A stretch of 64,000 nucleotides of DNA. Source: Trichoplax adhaerens (lineage: Eukaryota > Animalia > Placozoa). The notes beneath the pieces were generated by a model that did no database searches, was not told the DNA's origin, and saw nothing but the letters and a program-made list of their open reading frames with translations. Of this stretch, positions 16,401-29,377 are shown piece after piece (position 1 is the stretch's first letter; the number at the start of each line of letters is the position of its first letter). The position numbers and the translations under genes are program-made. Where the stretch lies: contig NW_002060947.1 of the NCBI RefSeq assembly GCF_000150275.1, positions 6,897,648 through 6,961,647 of the forward strand. The letters run 5' to 3'.

Positions 16401-19400
16401 GTCCAAATATTATGCTACAATTGTCATATATGCGTTTTAGTTGAGCGTCTCATTGGTGAGCGTTATTGATCTATAACGCGCCTATTTGAGATCATCCCAT
16501 CTTGATAGTGCCGTTAATTCAAAATTCTCAAAAATTTAATTAGCAAAATCCTTCCCACATGTCTTACTTTTAAAACTTAATCAATTTCTTCTTATTTAAT
16601 TTGTTAATGACCTTGCTATATTTAACTTCTGAATATTTATAGATAGGGTGTTGGTTAAGCCAACGTCTCCATCAGGTTTACTAATTTCGCCAGGATTCAA
16701 TCAGGGTTTCTTTATTTGCGGAAGCATCCATTATGAGATCACAACTAGTGGCTATTCAAAGATTTCACTCACGTTTAATAATATAAATATATCTACCGGT
16801 AGTATCGTAGTCAAAGATGGTATAAAAAAACACTCAAAAACATTGGATGAATTTCATCAGGACTCCTCTGGAGCTACATTAACATCGAGCGGTCCATCAA
16901 TAATGATTATGTATAGATTTGCAACATTCAAAAAGTATCTAGGGTTTAACGCAACCTATAAAAGTATCCCAGGTTAGAAAAATAGTAACGTAAATGATTT
17001 AGTAAATTTTATTTGCCATTATCAAAATACTTCGATAATAAATACAGATAATTTACGTTGTCTACAAATTTTAGCTTAGCTGCAGTCTGATATTAAAATT
17101 GGAATGTTGTTATTTGTATCATTCATTGCAGCTACTACCTCGTGTCCGAAATATCCAATTTACTGCAATGATGGCTACTGCATCGATCAATTGAAGTTCT
17201 GTGATGGGAAAGTGGATTGCTTAGACAATTCAGATGAGACCGATTGCGGTAAGTTTAATCGTAATATTGCCTAGTTATCTAATATTTTATTAAATTTTTC
17301 ATTGATGCAGCCTAATTAGCTTTTTTAAAACAGACCTTGCAGTCGTTGTCATTCGATTGTATAGTGATAACTCAATAACAGTCTACCGTACTTGATTACC
17401 TTATCTTATATCAATAGCTACGGCTATCAACTATGAATCCTATCATTTCAATAAATACAACACGAAAAATTTCATAGTAATATCCAGTATCTCAATTTAC
17501 AGATTTTTTTCTCGTACAATTTGATAACGGTGCTTTGGTTGCAATCGAAGGCGGAATTACACATTTAATTTATGACTTTAACTGTTATCAACTTATACGA
17601 CCGCTACCTAAATCCTTATTCATTTTCTGCTTCTATTCTTTACCAGTATTCTTGTTATGTATCTTTTAAGTTCTACTGCAACCATCCAATAGTATACAAA
17701 CTAATTTTAAAATAAGTTACTATAATCTATCTTTGCAGACAGTTATAAGATCACATATCTATCGTATATGTTAATTTATTTGATTTTTGTGCTAAACATT
17801 GGTTATTTTACTACATAAATGCTTCAAATTAATTACATCTTACATATGATTCCTTTTGCGTTTGCTGATTTAGATATAATTGATAAATTTCGCTGTAATG
17901 AATTTTTTAATGGATCGCAAGGTGTTATCCAGTCATTCAACTATCCTAATACATATCCAAGCAATGTCGAATGTTTTTATGGTATTACTGTTCCACTAGG
18001 CAATACCGTTACTTTAAAATTTACTCGATTTTACGTGCATAAATCTGCTAAATGCCAAACCGAGTTTTTAGTAATTCGCGATGGATCTGATCGAACGTCA
18101 CCAGTACTTCATAAACTCTGTGGTCAAAAATTACCACCAGTTATTCGATCAAGTTCTAACTCAATATTGTTACAGTTTCGATCGAGAAATATTAATCGAC
18201 TAGGAGAGACAAGCGGCTTTTCCGCCTTTTTTATTGAAAGTGATGGTATGTTAAAACTAAATATGAAGTAAGAATACCTCATTATGGGCTACACTTGTCA
18301 AAATGACGATTATAATATAGTAATTACTCTTTTTATATGCCAATAATTGTTTAGAAATTTATATGCTTACTATGGTATTTACTAGCACTACATCTTTTTT
18401 AGAAATAAGTATCCTTTTTGAGATTAGAAACTAGAATGCAACCTATAAATTAGTATCTATATGTGTACTTAATTTATCTATCAATCTGTTTAGAATATCG
18501 ACCATGCTCCGATAATCAGTTTACTTGCCAAAATGGTGCATGCATCCCTTTAAATAAAAGGTGCAATGGCTACGAAAACTGTTTAGACGGTTCTGATGAA
18601 TTACTATGTGGTTAGTCTTGAATTTTTATATCAATTTAACATATTTTACTTAATTAGTGTTGACAGCTAATTATTGGAAATTCTTCTTTTATGTCTAAAA
18701 ATAAAATCAAGGGAATTCGTCCTGTTTCAATTCAGAATTTCGTTGCCTTAGTGGCGAATGTGTTCCAGTGGAAACTATTTGCACATCAAATTATACGTGC
18801 CTCGATAGAAGTCATGATAAATTATGCGGTCAGTTTATCACGAAAATAACATAGTTTACTCTTTCAGATACTGCCTTCATCCCATCTAGGGCATATAAAA
18901 TATATTATTTTTATTATTGCAGATGCAGAATTTTTCAAGTGCAGAAATGGATCAAGAATACCATGGAATCTAGTATGCAATAACATAAAAGAATGTCATG
19001 ATGGTTCTGATGAAATACACTGTGGTATGTACTAAGTATGACAATGCGATAAACTAACAATTTATGATCTGATTACAACATTTGTAAATTTCGATTAGTT
19101 ACAATCCAATGTCCAAAACACTGTACTTGCCGCAGTACTATTGTAAAATGTAGCTACCTTGGCTTCGTTGGTATTCCTCAAATTAATGAGCCCAGATCAA
19201 TTACTAAGCTGTAAGCTATATCTTGTTCAAGAAATGTAATCTCTTATATTGATGATACTGCTACTACTTATGACTGTTACTACAAAATATATTATAAAAA
19301 TTTATATCCTGCAAACAGAGATTTAAGCCATAATAATATCACTCAACTCTCCGTATCCAATTTTAAAAATATGAATATCCTTGGACACTTGTAAGTCCAT

Positions 19401-22400
19401 ATCTATAAAAATATCAAATAATTGATATTGTAGTCGGAATGATGTTTAAATTAAATTTTTACGATTGTGGTCGATATAACAGTATTTCACAATTATGTAC
19501 TAATATGATCGATATTTATTATAGTAGGGCATTAGCTATAATATCGCTTTTACCAATTTTAGAGCGTATCAACCGGTTACTTATTGAATAATCTTTGATA
19601 TATTTAGGGACTTAAGTTTCAACCATCTGAGATATATCGATACAATAGTTTTTTCTAGCCTTCAAAATCTTTATTCGCTGTAAGTTTGAGCTGCTTGGTA
19701 CGGTGTTCAATAACTAGAACTATTACCCGTTTTCAAAATGTTAACAGCCATTTTTCATTTTATGATAGTAATTTACGCTATAACCAAATTATTAGCGTGA
19801 ATGGTCCACCCTTAACAGCTTTGCAAAATCTTCAAACATTGTATGATTTCTATTTCTAACTTAAATACGTTTTCAGTAACACAATAACTCTTTCCTAGAA
19901 TACAATGCCCGTAGCCATTAAACCGTGTCAATTAATTTACGTATAAGCAATGTCTTGTTCTTTATACTAATTTGATATACACTTATACTTAGGCTGTTAG
20001 ATGACAACGTGATATCAATATTTGATGGCGAAGCGTTTAGTACAGCAAATAACTTGATGAATCTGTAAGTATTGTATGCTTAATGCGTATCTTCACACCT
20101 TAATTCTTAGAGCTGCAAGTTAGAGTTGGTATATGTACAATAAATGTAATAGATTCAGCAACAGTATCCTCTAAGTTGACTGGTTACCGCATACTTTATA
20201 TGTTAGTCTATGTTTTAAGTTTAGCCTTTATTATTAAAATAAAGAAATTTGCAAAAACAAAATTTGACATCGATGGTTGGAGTTTCAAATGGCCTGACTA
20301 ACTTACGTATCATGTAAGTTGGATATAACTAATAATAGAACTTTTTCATCACCATTCAAATAAAGGAAATATTCATATAATACGAAATTATGAATTTCAG
20401 GCGTTTGGATGACAATCAAATATCAACAATTAGTTGCCTGGATATTACTTCCGCGGAAAGCTTACAAATACTGTTAGTAGTTTCGCTCTTTTTTCCATAC
20501 TATTTGCTATCTCAGGATCATTTACGTATTACAGTTTTGGTTACTATCTTAAATGTAGGAGTTTATCTGGCAATAAAATTGATGGTATTCCAAGTAGCTG
20601 TTTTGCTGGTCTTTCCAACCTATATTCTCTGTAAGAAGGAATTTTTACTTCGTTAATTATTGTGCTTTACTTCTAAAGAACAACAGAGCGTGAAATCTGA
20701 GCAAAATTAATATTACCCGTTAGGACGTAGCACCAAATGCCGAGCCAATCCAGCTATTAAGCCTAATCTTTTCTTGATATTTTAGGAATTTGGCATGTAA
20801 TAAAATCAATGCCTTAACATCGGATTCATTTGACGGAGTAAGACAATCCTTGCGCTATTTGTAAGTAAAAAAATTATGTTTTTATCGTCAAATTTTGCTG
20901 CATTTATTGGAGAGCACAAATTTTATTTATTGTCAATCGTATTGCCAGAATTCTTTAGTTTGTATTTATGGCGAGCAAATGTTTATGTTTGAAATGATAG
21001 CTTAAGTCAGTGTTAAAATATTACGTAATAGTGGAACTTCACCGATTAACATCGATTGTACTTCGCAATATTATTAAGGTATTTGAAAAGTAACCCATTG
21101 CGTAACATTTCTCAAGATGCCTTTGATGGTTTACATTTGAACTTACTGTAAGTTTTCCCTTATTGAATTATTTTCAACCATGATATTATTGATATTGAAT
21201 GCGAAAAAAATTTTAAGTTCATTTTGCTTTGTGCGTATGGAATGATATAATACTGCATGTTAACGACTGTTTTTTTCATTCTCTATATAGTGAATCCAGC
21301 AGTGTCCGCGTTTGTTGCTTAGCTAAAACGGCAAAACGATGTCTTCCTGAGCTAGATGCTTTTTCAAGCTGCGCTGATCTACTTGCTCATCCCATATTGC
21401 GAGTTGCGATATGGATTGTAGGTATCATAGCACTAATTGGAAACACATATGTTGCTTTATGGAGACTTAAAAGAAACATTAATACCGTCAATTCATTTCT
21501 TGTTGGGCAACTAGCAATTGCCGATTTCTTAATGGGAGTTTATTTAATTATAATCGCATCAGCTGATGCTTACTTTCGTGATAATTACAGCGAAAACGAA
21601 CGAAATTGGATACGAAGCATAACATGTCAGATAGCTGGATTTTTGGCTACCTTGTCTAGTGAAGTTTCGGTCTATATCTTGGCTTGTATCACTACAGACC
21701 GTCTTATTTGTATAGTTTACCCTCATTCAAAGTCAAAAATAACATTAAGATTGGCCAAAATAATAGCAGCATGCGGCTGGATTTTAATTGCTATCATATT
21801 TGCGATTCCACTCTTTGACATACAATTTTTTAGATATTTCTATTCCAAATCTAGTGTATGCTTGCCGTTGCATATTGCAACCGGTCAAGTTAATGACTCT
21901 GATCGATCATGGCTGTACTCTATCGTCATGATTACTTTTACAAATATGGTAGGTTGCCTCTATATCTTGGGTGCTTATATTGCTATTTTTATTAAACTAC
22001 ATCAAAATAAGAAAGTCTTTAGCAATAAGCATACTAATAAGCAAGACCGCGTCGTAACACGAAATATGGTTCTAATTGTTGGCACTGATTTATGTTGTTG
22101 GATTCCGATTATTATCATGACTTATTTGACTTTAGCTAATATTCCAATCGATAAGACTATCTTCGCTTGGGTAGCTGTCTTTGTTTTGCCACTAAATTCT
22201 GCAGTTAATCCTATTATCTATACAATGTCATTGACTATCTTTCGTAAACAAACCATACAGCCTCATCCTAGTATAATTGATGTCCATCAACAACGACGGC
22301 GATCAACTCTAATGTTGTTTACGCGTTCACAAAATTCCAATTTTATCAAGCAGATATACGACAGTTCAAGTACAACCGTTACTAGTACTCGAAGTAAAAA

Positions 22401-22407
22401 ATCGTAA
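7453..22407 (+). CDS. Multi-CUB/multi-LDLa leucine-rich-repeat GPCR (type C LGR, GRL101/RXFP-like), 32 exons, ~2175 aa
   Basis: Frame-consistent GT-AG exons: 7453-7540 (putative signal [20 protein letters not shown]), 8269-8367, LDLa 8753-8875, 9394-9513, 9867-9983, CUB 10336-10677, LDLa 10854-10967, CUB 11105-11458, 12177-12548, LDLa 12770-12889, 12992-13111, CUB+LDLa 13347-13814, CUB 14331-14687, 14837-15172, 15602-15970, 16643-16972, LDLa 17132-17248, CUB 17874-18245, LDLa 18494-18610, 18712-18828, 18923-19024, LRRNT 19099-19210 ([14 protein letters not shown]), nine 69-75 nt phase-2 LRR exons 19319-21147, terminal exon 21291-22407 with hinge [14 protein letters not shown] and 7TM ([32 protein letters not shown]). 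CUB motifs GxITSPNYPxxYP; LDLa motifs DCxDxSDE. The first two exons are less certain. Confidence 0.9.
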
Positions 22408-24709
22408 TTATAATATAATCATTGAACATCAACTCGATTGTAAACTAACTTCGGCTGTCATTTTATAATTGTACTCAAAATTTCAGAAAAGAAATTTATT
22501 CCATTTTAATAATATTTTAAATTGTTTTACTGGTATAATTTATAGAATGATCCATAGAGCATTCATTTCGTTCAAACTATGATCATAAGAACTATAGCAA
22601 GTAATAATATAATTCTACAAAACTATGTATAAGAATCATTTTATTCTAATCTAATAATCACTCACGAATCTAGCCTATTTTGCTACGATATCCTAACTGC
22701 AAATAATAAATAATTGCTATTGACAGGTCTACGACCAATGGTAATATACTATCTGTTAAATGAGCACATTATCGTAAACCGTCAGCAAAGCGACGGAAGT
22801 TTGCACTAGTAGCATCTAAAATGTAGCCTAATTTCGCATGACAATTAAACTTTGTAGTTAATATATGCATACACCTGTATCGTTGAGAGTTTCTATAAAA
22901 TCCATTGCTGTATATTAGGTTACATAGCATTTATTCCTTAATTGGTATTGTAGTGTGTGTGTACTATATGTGTTCGTGTTTAAATAAATCATAGATTGTA
23001 ATTAAATCTACATAAATCCTTTTCGATAACTGTAACATCCACGATAGAGGTATTTATACCATCAGGATAAAGTAATGCATGTACTAATAGCATGCCAAAT
23101 GAAGCATTATTTCGTGTGACAATTGAACTTTATAGCTGTTATAGGCTTACGCCTGTATCGATTAGAGTTTCTGTAGAGTTCAATTCTAGAACCTTATTAA
23201 TAGAACGTTTAGTTTTGATACTAGTGAACGCAAGATTATGCCTATATGGATGAAGGCGCCGTGCACTAGCATTTCAGAACTTCCCACTTAGCCTATAAGC
23301 TTGATCCTTAATAGAGATAGGTAGTGGAGCTCTTGTAGTACTAGTTTGATAGTCCCATTCACTTGCATACTACCCAATCTGATGCTCAAAGATTAGCAAT
23401 GTACGCGTACTTTAACAATTCTAACCACAATTCTGCAATATACGACGCTACTCTATCAAACATCCAGATCATGATTGGTATGCAATATGCGAGCAAAAGA
23501 GCAGTTATAAAAGATCGTAGAAAGTTCGATGATCCATGTTAGTCATGCTGCTTAAAAGGAATTGATATCAGTGGATCCTGGATTCATGATGATTTATATC
23601 AGGTCATTGCCATCGGCAAAGGGCTAAAGAGAAGCAGGTAAGCTCGATTGTAGCCCCAAGAAAGCCTCCTCCAAGATACAGTGCTGTCGTTACTACCTAA
23701 TGACCACAGTTCGTTACTACAGGTAGCTGTGCATGTGTCCTCATTGATGCAATTATCCTATTAAGCTATCGCGATGACTACATTGCAACGGATGAAATCT
23801 AGAGACCCTTAAGGGTTTCAGGATCAGGAATGAAATCTATCCTGCTACTGCCATTTCTGAGCAATTTGCTCCAGCTTGCATGCAGCCTCCAGCCAACATG
23901 ATCTCAGCCTGACTACTGACTGTATAATCATGGATTATTCGATGAAATGTGTACTGTAATATGCCGTAGTCCATGGCCTATTCGATGCACCGTGTAGTGT
24001 GCAGTAGTCTATGGCATAATCACTCCTCAACTAATGGACAGTAGTATAAATAAATCGATTCTTTGCCGATTGCTTCTTCTCCAACCAAGGTAATTCGGAA
24101 TTGCAGAGCCATGGACAGCAACAGGGTTACTACCGTATACAGTGTACAGAATAGAGTCAATAGTATGCGATCGATTGGTACGATCGTTTTCGATACTAGC
24201 CTAGATCAACGTGATAGAAAAGTAGCAGTGAGGCTGCGCGATGGGTGAAGGATTGGTCAAGGTAGGGGTCCTACACAAATAAGAGTTCATAATACCTAGT
24301 TCACTATCATCATAAATGGGACTGTCAAAGACTAGTAGGGTTAACAGGAACCACCCGGAAGCGGTCTCGATGGTCACGTCTCGGAACGGGTAGATCTACA
24401 TTATCGCTAGTAAGTGTTTCAATCATGTCATTGCTAAACACATTGTGCTATCACACCGGAGGCCTATCGCGGACTTTCACGTCTGGCAAAAGGCGTTGCT
24501 GGCCAGAATAGAAATTGGAGATATACAAGGTGGAAATTGCCTTTCCTTTTCATCTTGCTTCTACTTATTCAACAGTTCAAGACGATTATTTGATCATTTC
24601 TTGGCTATAATCCACTTTCATTCATCAGGATTGGCTTGTGGTAGAAAAGAATAATTGCAATTACAATCAGTGCGATCATAGTATTGCAGCTACGGATGAG
24701 ATTCTGATC

Positions 24710-27700
24710 ATGTCGAGACAGCAAGTGAGATTAGTTAAGGTGATTTCGTTGGATCAGAATAATTATAGGATTTCGGAGAATAGTCTTACCGGTTCTCAAC
24801 CTGAAACATCGACAAATCAAGCCAATAGAGCTGTAAATAAAGCTAAGGGCAAGAGAACTCCAACAAAGTAAGCGGATGTCAACTTGAATCCTTCACCAAT
24901 TAGCCATATTCAATTTCTTCCTGCCCATTGTATTCACAAACACCTCTAGTTTATGGATAAATCCTACTCAAATACAATTATATATATACATATACAACGG
25001 AATGGATGATAGCTAATAGCTACGTTTAATGTTGTCTCTGTTAAGTACGACATATTTAATCGACCGCGTTTACAATGAAATTTTTTGATCCCTTTTAGCT
25101 TTTACAATAACATTTTAAATCATTTTTACTATTAACAAACAATGTCCACTTTACAGCAATCGTGCAATTCGATATACATGTAGCATACTGTAATGAGAGT
25201 TTAACCGATGCCGCTGCAATCATTTCTCGTTCCGCCACTGTTGCAGTTGTACGGGTCGATTGATTATTCTACATGCCGTAGCGTTATTATCTTCACCTTA
25301 ATTTGAAGAGTATACATTAAACTCTAATTGTATGATTTTGTTGATTGCTATTCGCTAAACTCGATAATCCAGGGATAAGGCTTCATTCAATTTATCCCTG
25401 AGTGAATAATTTTAACTCTTATTATTGGTTTAACAACTGATCGTGTCCGTTATCATAATAGGATAAATTTTATTTTACTATATCGTATTTTAAACAAGCT
25501 TACGTTCAATTCTATCGCCCACTCTATTCAAGCCTATTGATAATACAAGACTAATGACTTTTCGTTTTCAATGTCATACGAGTATCTTAAAAAAGGTGCT
25601 TAGTATGTCTTATCCTTTAACTGACGTTCCTTCTAACCTAATAACAAGGAGTCCCTCCGTGGAAAACATACTATGCCTGTTGATCAATTTACTATTTTCT
25701 ACCACTTTAGAAACATCCATGAACTCTTAACTCCTAGCATACAGTAATTAAACTCCTGAATTTCTAGTACTATAGCTAAGAATTAAGCTATAATTGAATG
25801 GAATCCTATCATCTGTGTACTAATGTTGCCAATAATGATCTATGATATTGCGCTTGATGTTATCTATTAATCCATTTGTTATCATTGATCCATTTTCATT
25901 CACCATTTAAAATTATCTACTATATTATAACAATAACCAGCTACATATCAGTTTTTTATCTCACACCATTATATCAGCATGTAGAACAAGTTTCTTTTCA
26001 TTTAATGAATAGTAATTGGGCTATGAAAATAGTTATTATCTTTTCCCAATAAGATGGATAGATGTGTGCATCTCCGATGGCGTCGATATTTGAATTCTTG
26101 CTTGTCTTGTACCGCACTAATTCTGTAATCTCCTCACATGATCTACATTTTATTTTATTTTGATCGGCCATTTTTTACTGATGTTTCCCATCAAAATGAT
26201 TAATCTAGGAAGTATATTTTATCCAATTTGGGGATTGTTGAGCTCTTTCAGTACTATTACTACAGATACAGGATGTAATAATTTCATTTATGTTTTCATC
26301 AACAATTTCTCACCCTACCCTCCTGTGAAGATCCGTTACTTAAATAAACATCGATACATAGAATGACAAGCAATTTGCTTTAGCTTCATTCAGACAATTC
26401 TGCTATTGTTATCGGTACTTTAACGATAATAAACAGTACTTTTCACCTTGTACAGTATTGCTCTTAAATGATGATTTCGTAGCGGTTTCTAGCTGGTCCT
26501 TGAACATTAGCAGTTATAAAGTATGAAAAATGAAACGAGTATGCATCAACATTAAGTATGTCCTTCTTTTTTATAGGCAGGAAATTTTAGCTCGACTTTC
26601 TCTGTATAATAAATACCACGAAAAAGGTTCTCCACATTATAAATTGACGTACATCCAGGTAAGTTGACACTATATGAAACATTTACTGGTATATTCTATA
26701 GCCTTTAAGCTGAACTAAATGTAGAAAAATGCCCTATTCAAAACTGTCGAATGAAAGTCTATGCACACAGCATTGGCCTATTGTAGAACTTTAATATTGT
26801 TAAGCAAATTATTGATATAGTTTTCTGTTTTGAAAGGTATGAGAAACCTCTACGGTATCTAACTCTCGTAAAAATATGTACAGTCATAACGATCTCCAAA
26901 AATTATTAATTTACGGTATAAAAACAAAACGAAAGCTTTGGATCTCTTTCACATTCAGGACGCCAATGGAATCTTAATTAGTGGTAATCTCCGCGTCCAT
27001 TGGGGATTAAAGAGACCTATCAAACAAGCCCTTTCATCTACTCAATCACTATATGGTAAGCTAGATTGCGATTTTTAGAACTTTTTATTACAAAAAGATG
27101 CAAGTTTTGAATTCTCGGACACTAAAACTTGCAAAATAACAGTAACAAGCGCCCGTCTACCCTTCATTTTACCATATTACCCCTAATAATTGCGAAATTC
27201 GCGTAAAGAGGTTTTGATAATTTTTATAATTAAATATAATATAATCGATGATAGGCAGCAGCTCTCAATCTCCATTACCCACTAGAAAGTTGGCTAAGAA
27301 CCAAGTCAGCGATGCTGTATCTCGGTAAGATTAAAACAACTTGACGCATTACTTAATCCGATCGAATATATAAATATTTAAATTTCTTATTGATTTAGAC
27401 CTATATCACTTATGGATGAAGATTTGGTTAGTTAACAGCTTGCATGAGTAATAGTACTACAACGCCGTGCGTGCATTACTTGACTATTGCATAATTACAA
27501 TTCTAGCCACACCAATACAAACTATAATCACGATACTGCGTATTTTATGATACGATATAATATCGTAACTTTTAATAATCATTACCTATCACCTTCTAAT
27601 CCGTACAGGAATCAACGTTTACTCCTCAGTTCGACTCTGCTGCCGCAGTAAATGCTACTAGTCGAACAACGACACCATTCGTGATCAAAAATTTGTTTCA

Positions 27701-28523
27701 TAAATTTCGTGTAAGCGTGAAATAGTTGCTAGAATCAAATTTCATAGTATACTCGTATGATAATTATGGCAGCACCGGTGGGTAATTGATTTTGATATCA
27801 TTTCTAATAAAATAGATTATCAATAACCCGAAAGAATTTGCATTATTCATAAAACGACCGAAAACAGGAGGTAAAGTTACTTGCATAAGATATCCAAACT
27901 TAATGCCTTCATTTTTATTCATCATGCGAGGAATCTTTTAATTTTTAAATTGATACGTTCTCATTTAGACTGTCGACGATTGAGTGACGTAGAATGTCCA
28001 TTGCTAGCCAGACTAATGCTGGGTCCTAATGAAGTAATTACTAGTCTTATAGTTGCTATTACTTAGAAAATAATGTTCGATGACTACTTAATACAAAATT
28101 TGCCTTTCAAAATCAGGAAACTTTTCGGATTTTTGTGTGCGAAGTCAATGACCCCAAACCAGCTGTAAATCCGCAACAGCAAGCGATTGTTTTATCACCA
28201 GAAGTTCGTTTTATTGTTATTTAAAGTGTTGTTTTTATCTATGTATGATGATATAGTCTTGTACTAAAAAAACTCTGGATACAATCTACAGGCTGCACAA
28301 TATATCAATTTCTCCTTAACGGAACTATCCAATATTATTGAAATGTACAAAATCGAAGAAGAAAAAGAAAAACTGAAAATAAAGGAAAAGTAAGTTGGAA
28401 TAGTAATATCTAATAAGCAGGAAAGAATTATTCAATAATGTTTTTTGCTATTATTACGGCAGGTACAGCAAGCAAAGGGAACTTTTACAAGACTATCTTG
28501 CCAATGCTAGCACGACGTTATAA
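24710..28523 (+). CDS. RASSF2: Ras association domain family protein (RASSF2/4/6 class; RA + SARAH), ~300 aa, 11 exons
   Basis: Exons 24710-24867, 26577-26658 (QEILARLSLYNKYHE), 26959-27055 (GNLRVHWGLKRPI, cf. GLLNISWGLRRPI), 27255-27324, 27399-27426, 27609-27710 (STFTPQFDS..TTPFVIKNLFHKF), 27816-27870, 27969-28033 (CPLLARLMLGPNE), 28117-28203, 28292-28389 (SARAH: AQYINFSLTELSNIIEMYKIEEEKE), 28463-28523 (stop TAA). The symbol denotes the RASSF2/4/6 subfamily, not a resolved orthologue. Confidence 0.85.
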
Positions 28524-29377
28524 ATTTCCAATCAATCACAAAAATGATTCTTTCATAAATTTGCACTTTATTTGGATTGTAAATAATTTATATTTAATTA
28601 TTATCACTATTCACTTGTACATTTTTTGTTATATAGTATCTAGCGTAGTTTGAGTTTGTTCAATGGGTAACATATGAAACCAGGACTTTATATAGTTCAC
28701 CTCGTTACATACCTAACCACAAATATAGCTACATATTTTTTTTATTTATCTGATGCATTTCTATGTATTATCATTTTTTATTATTTTTTAATTATGTTTT
28801 AAGCAAATTGGATTCAATTTAGGTGTTATTTCTTTGTTTTTTTCTTTATTGCACGCTTGGGAGTTGCATCACGATCGGGTCATGACTAATTCTGGTTCGA
28901 CGAAACTATTTACTAGGTTATAATACAATCACGTTGGGATTAATATGTACAATATTGCTTACAACCTCGTGCTTAATCCTTCATTCTGCTATAGGAGTAA
29001 GGTTATTAAGATGTTGCCTAGAATAGGTAGTCCATTTTTAAATAAAAAGTAATAGTTTCATAAATTAAACGAAACTATTTATAGCTATTTATAATTGTAA
29101 GTAATGAGACCCGAAAAGCCGGCAACGAACGCGATTAGCCTCATATAGAATACATGAAATTCTGCTTAAAATATTGTGGCAAGCCATGATCAAGTATTTA
29201 AATTATAAATTATGCAAAATACCTAGATGACCTTAATGAAATAGAATATCTATGAAAAGACCTGCTCTCTAAATATCAGTTACTACGAACTTTACAGTTG
29301 CATAAAATTCATATTAACTACAAAATTATAAATTTCTTTCGTAATTCTATACAATTTCTTCTCTGCTAGCAGTAGTT

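Noticed and set aside
27507-27539. Possible extra RASSF micro-exon
   Set aside because: Phase is incompatible with the flanking phase-0 junctions (in-frame TAA), and the model is complete without it.
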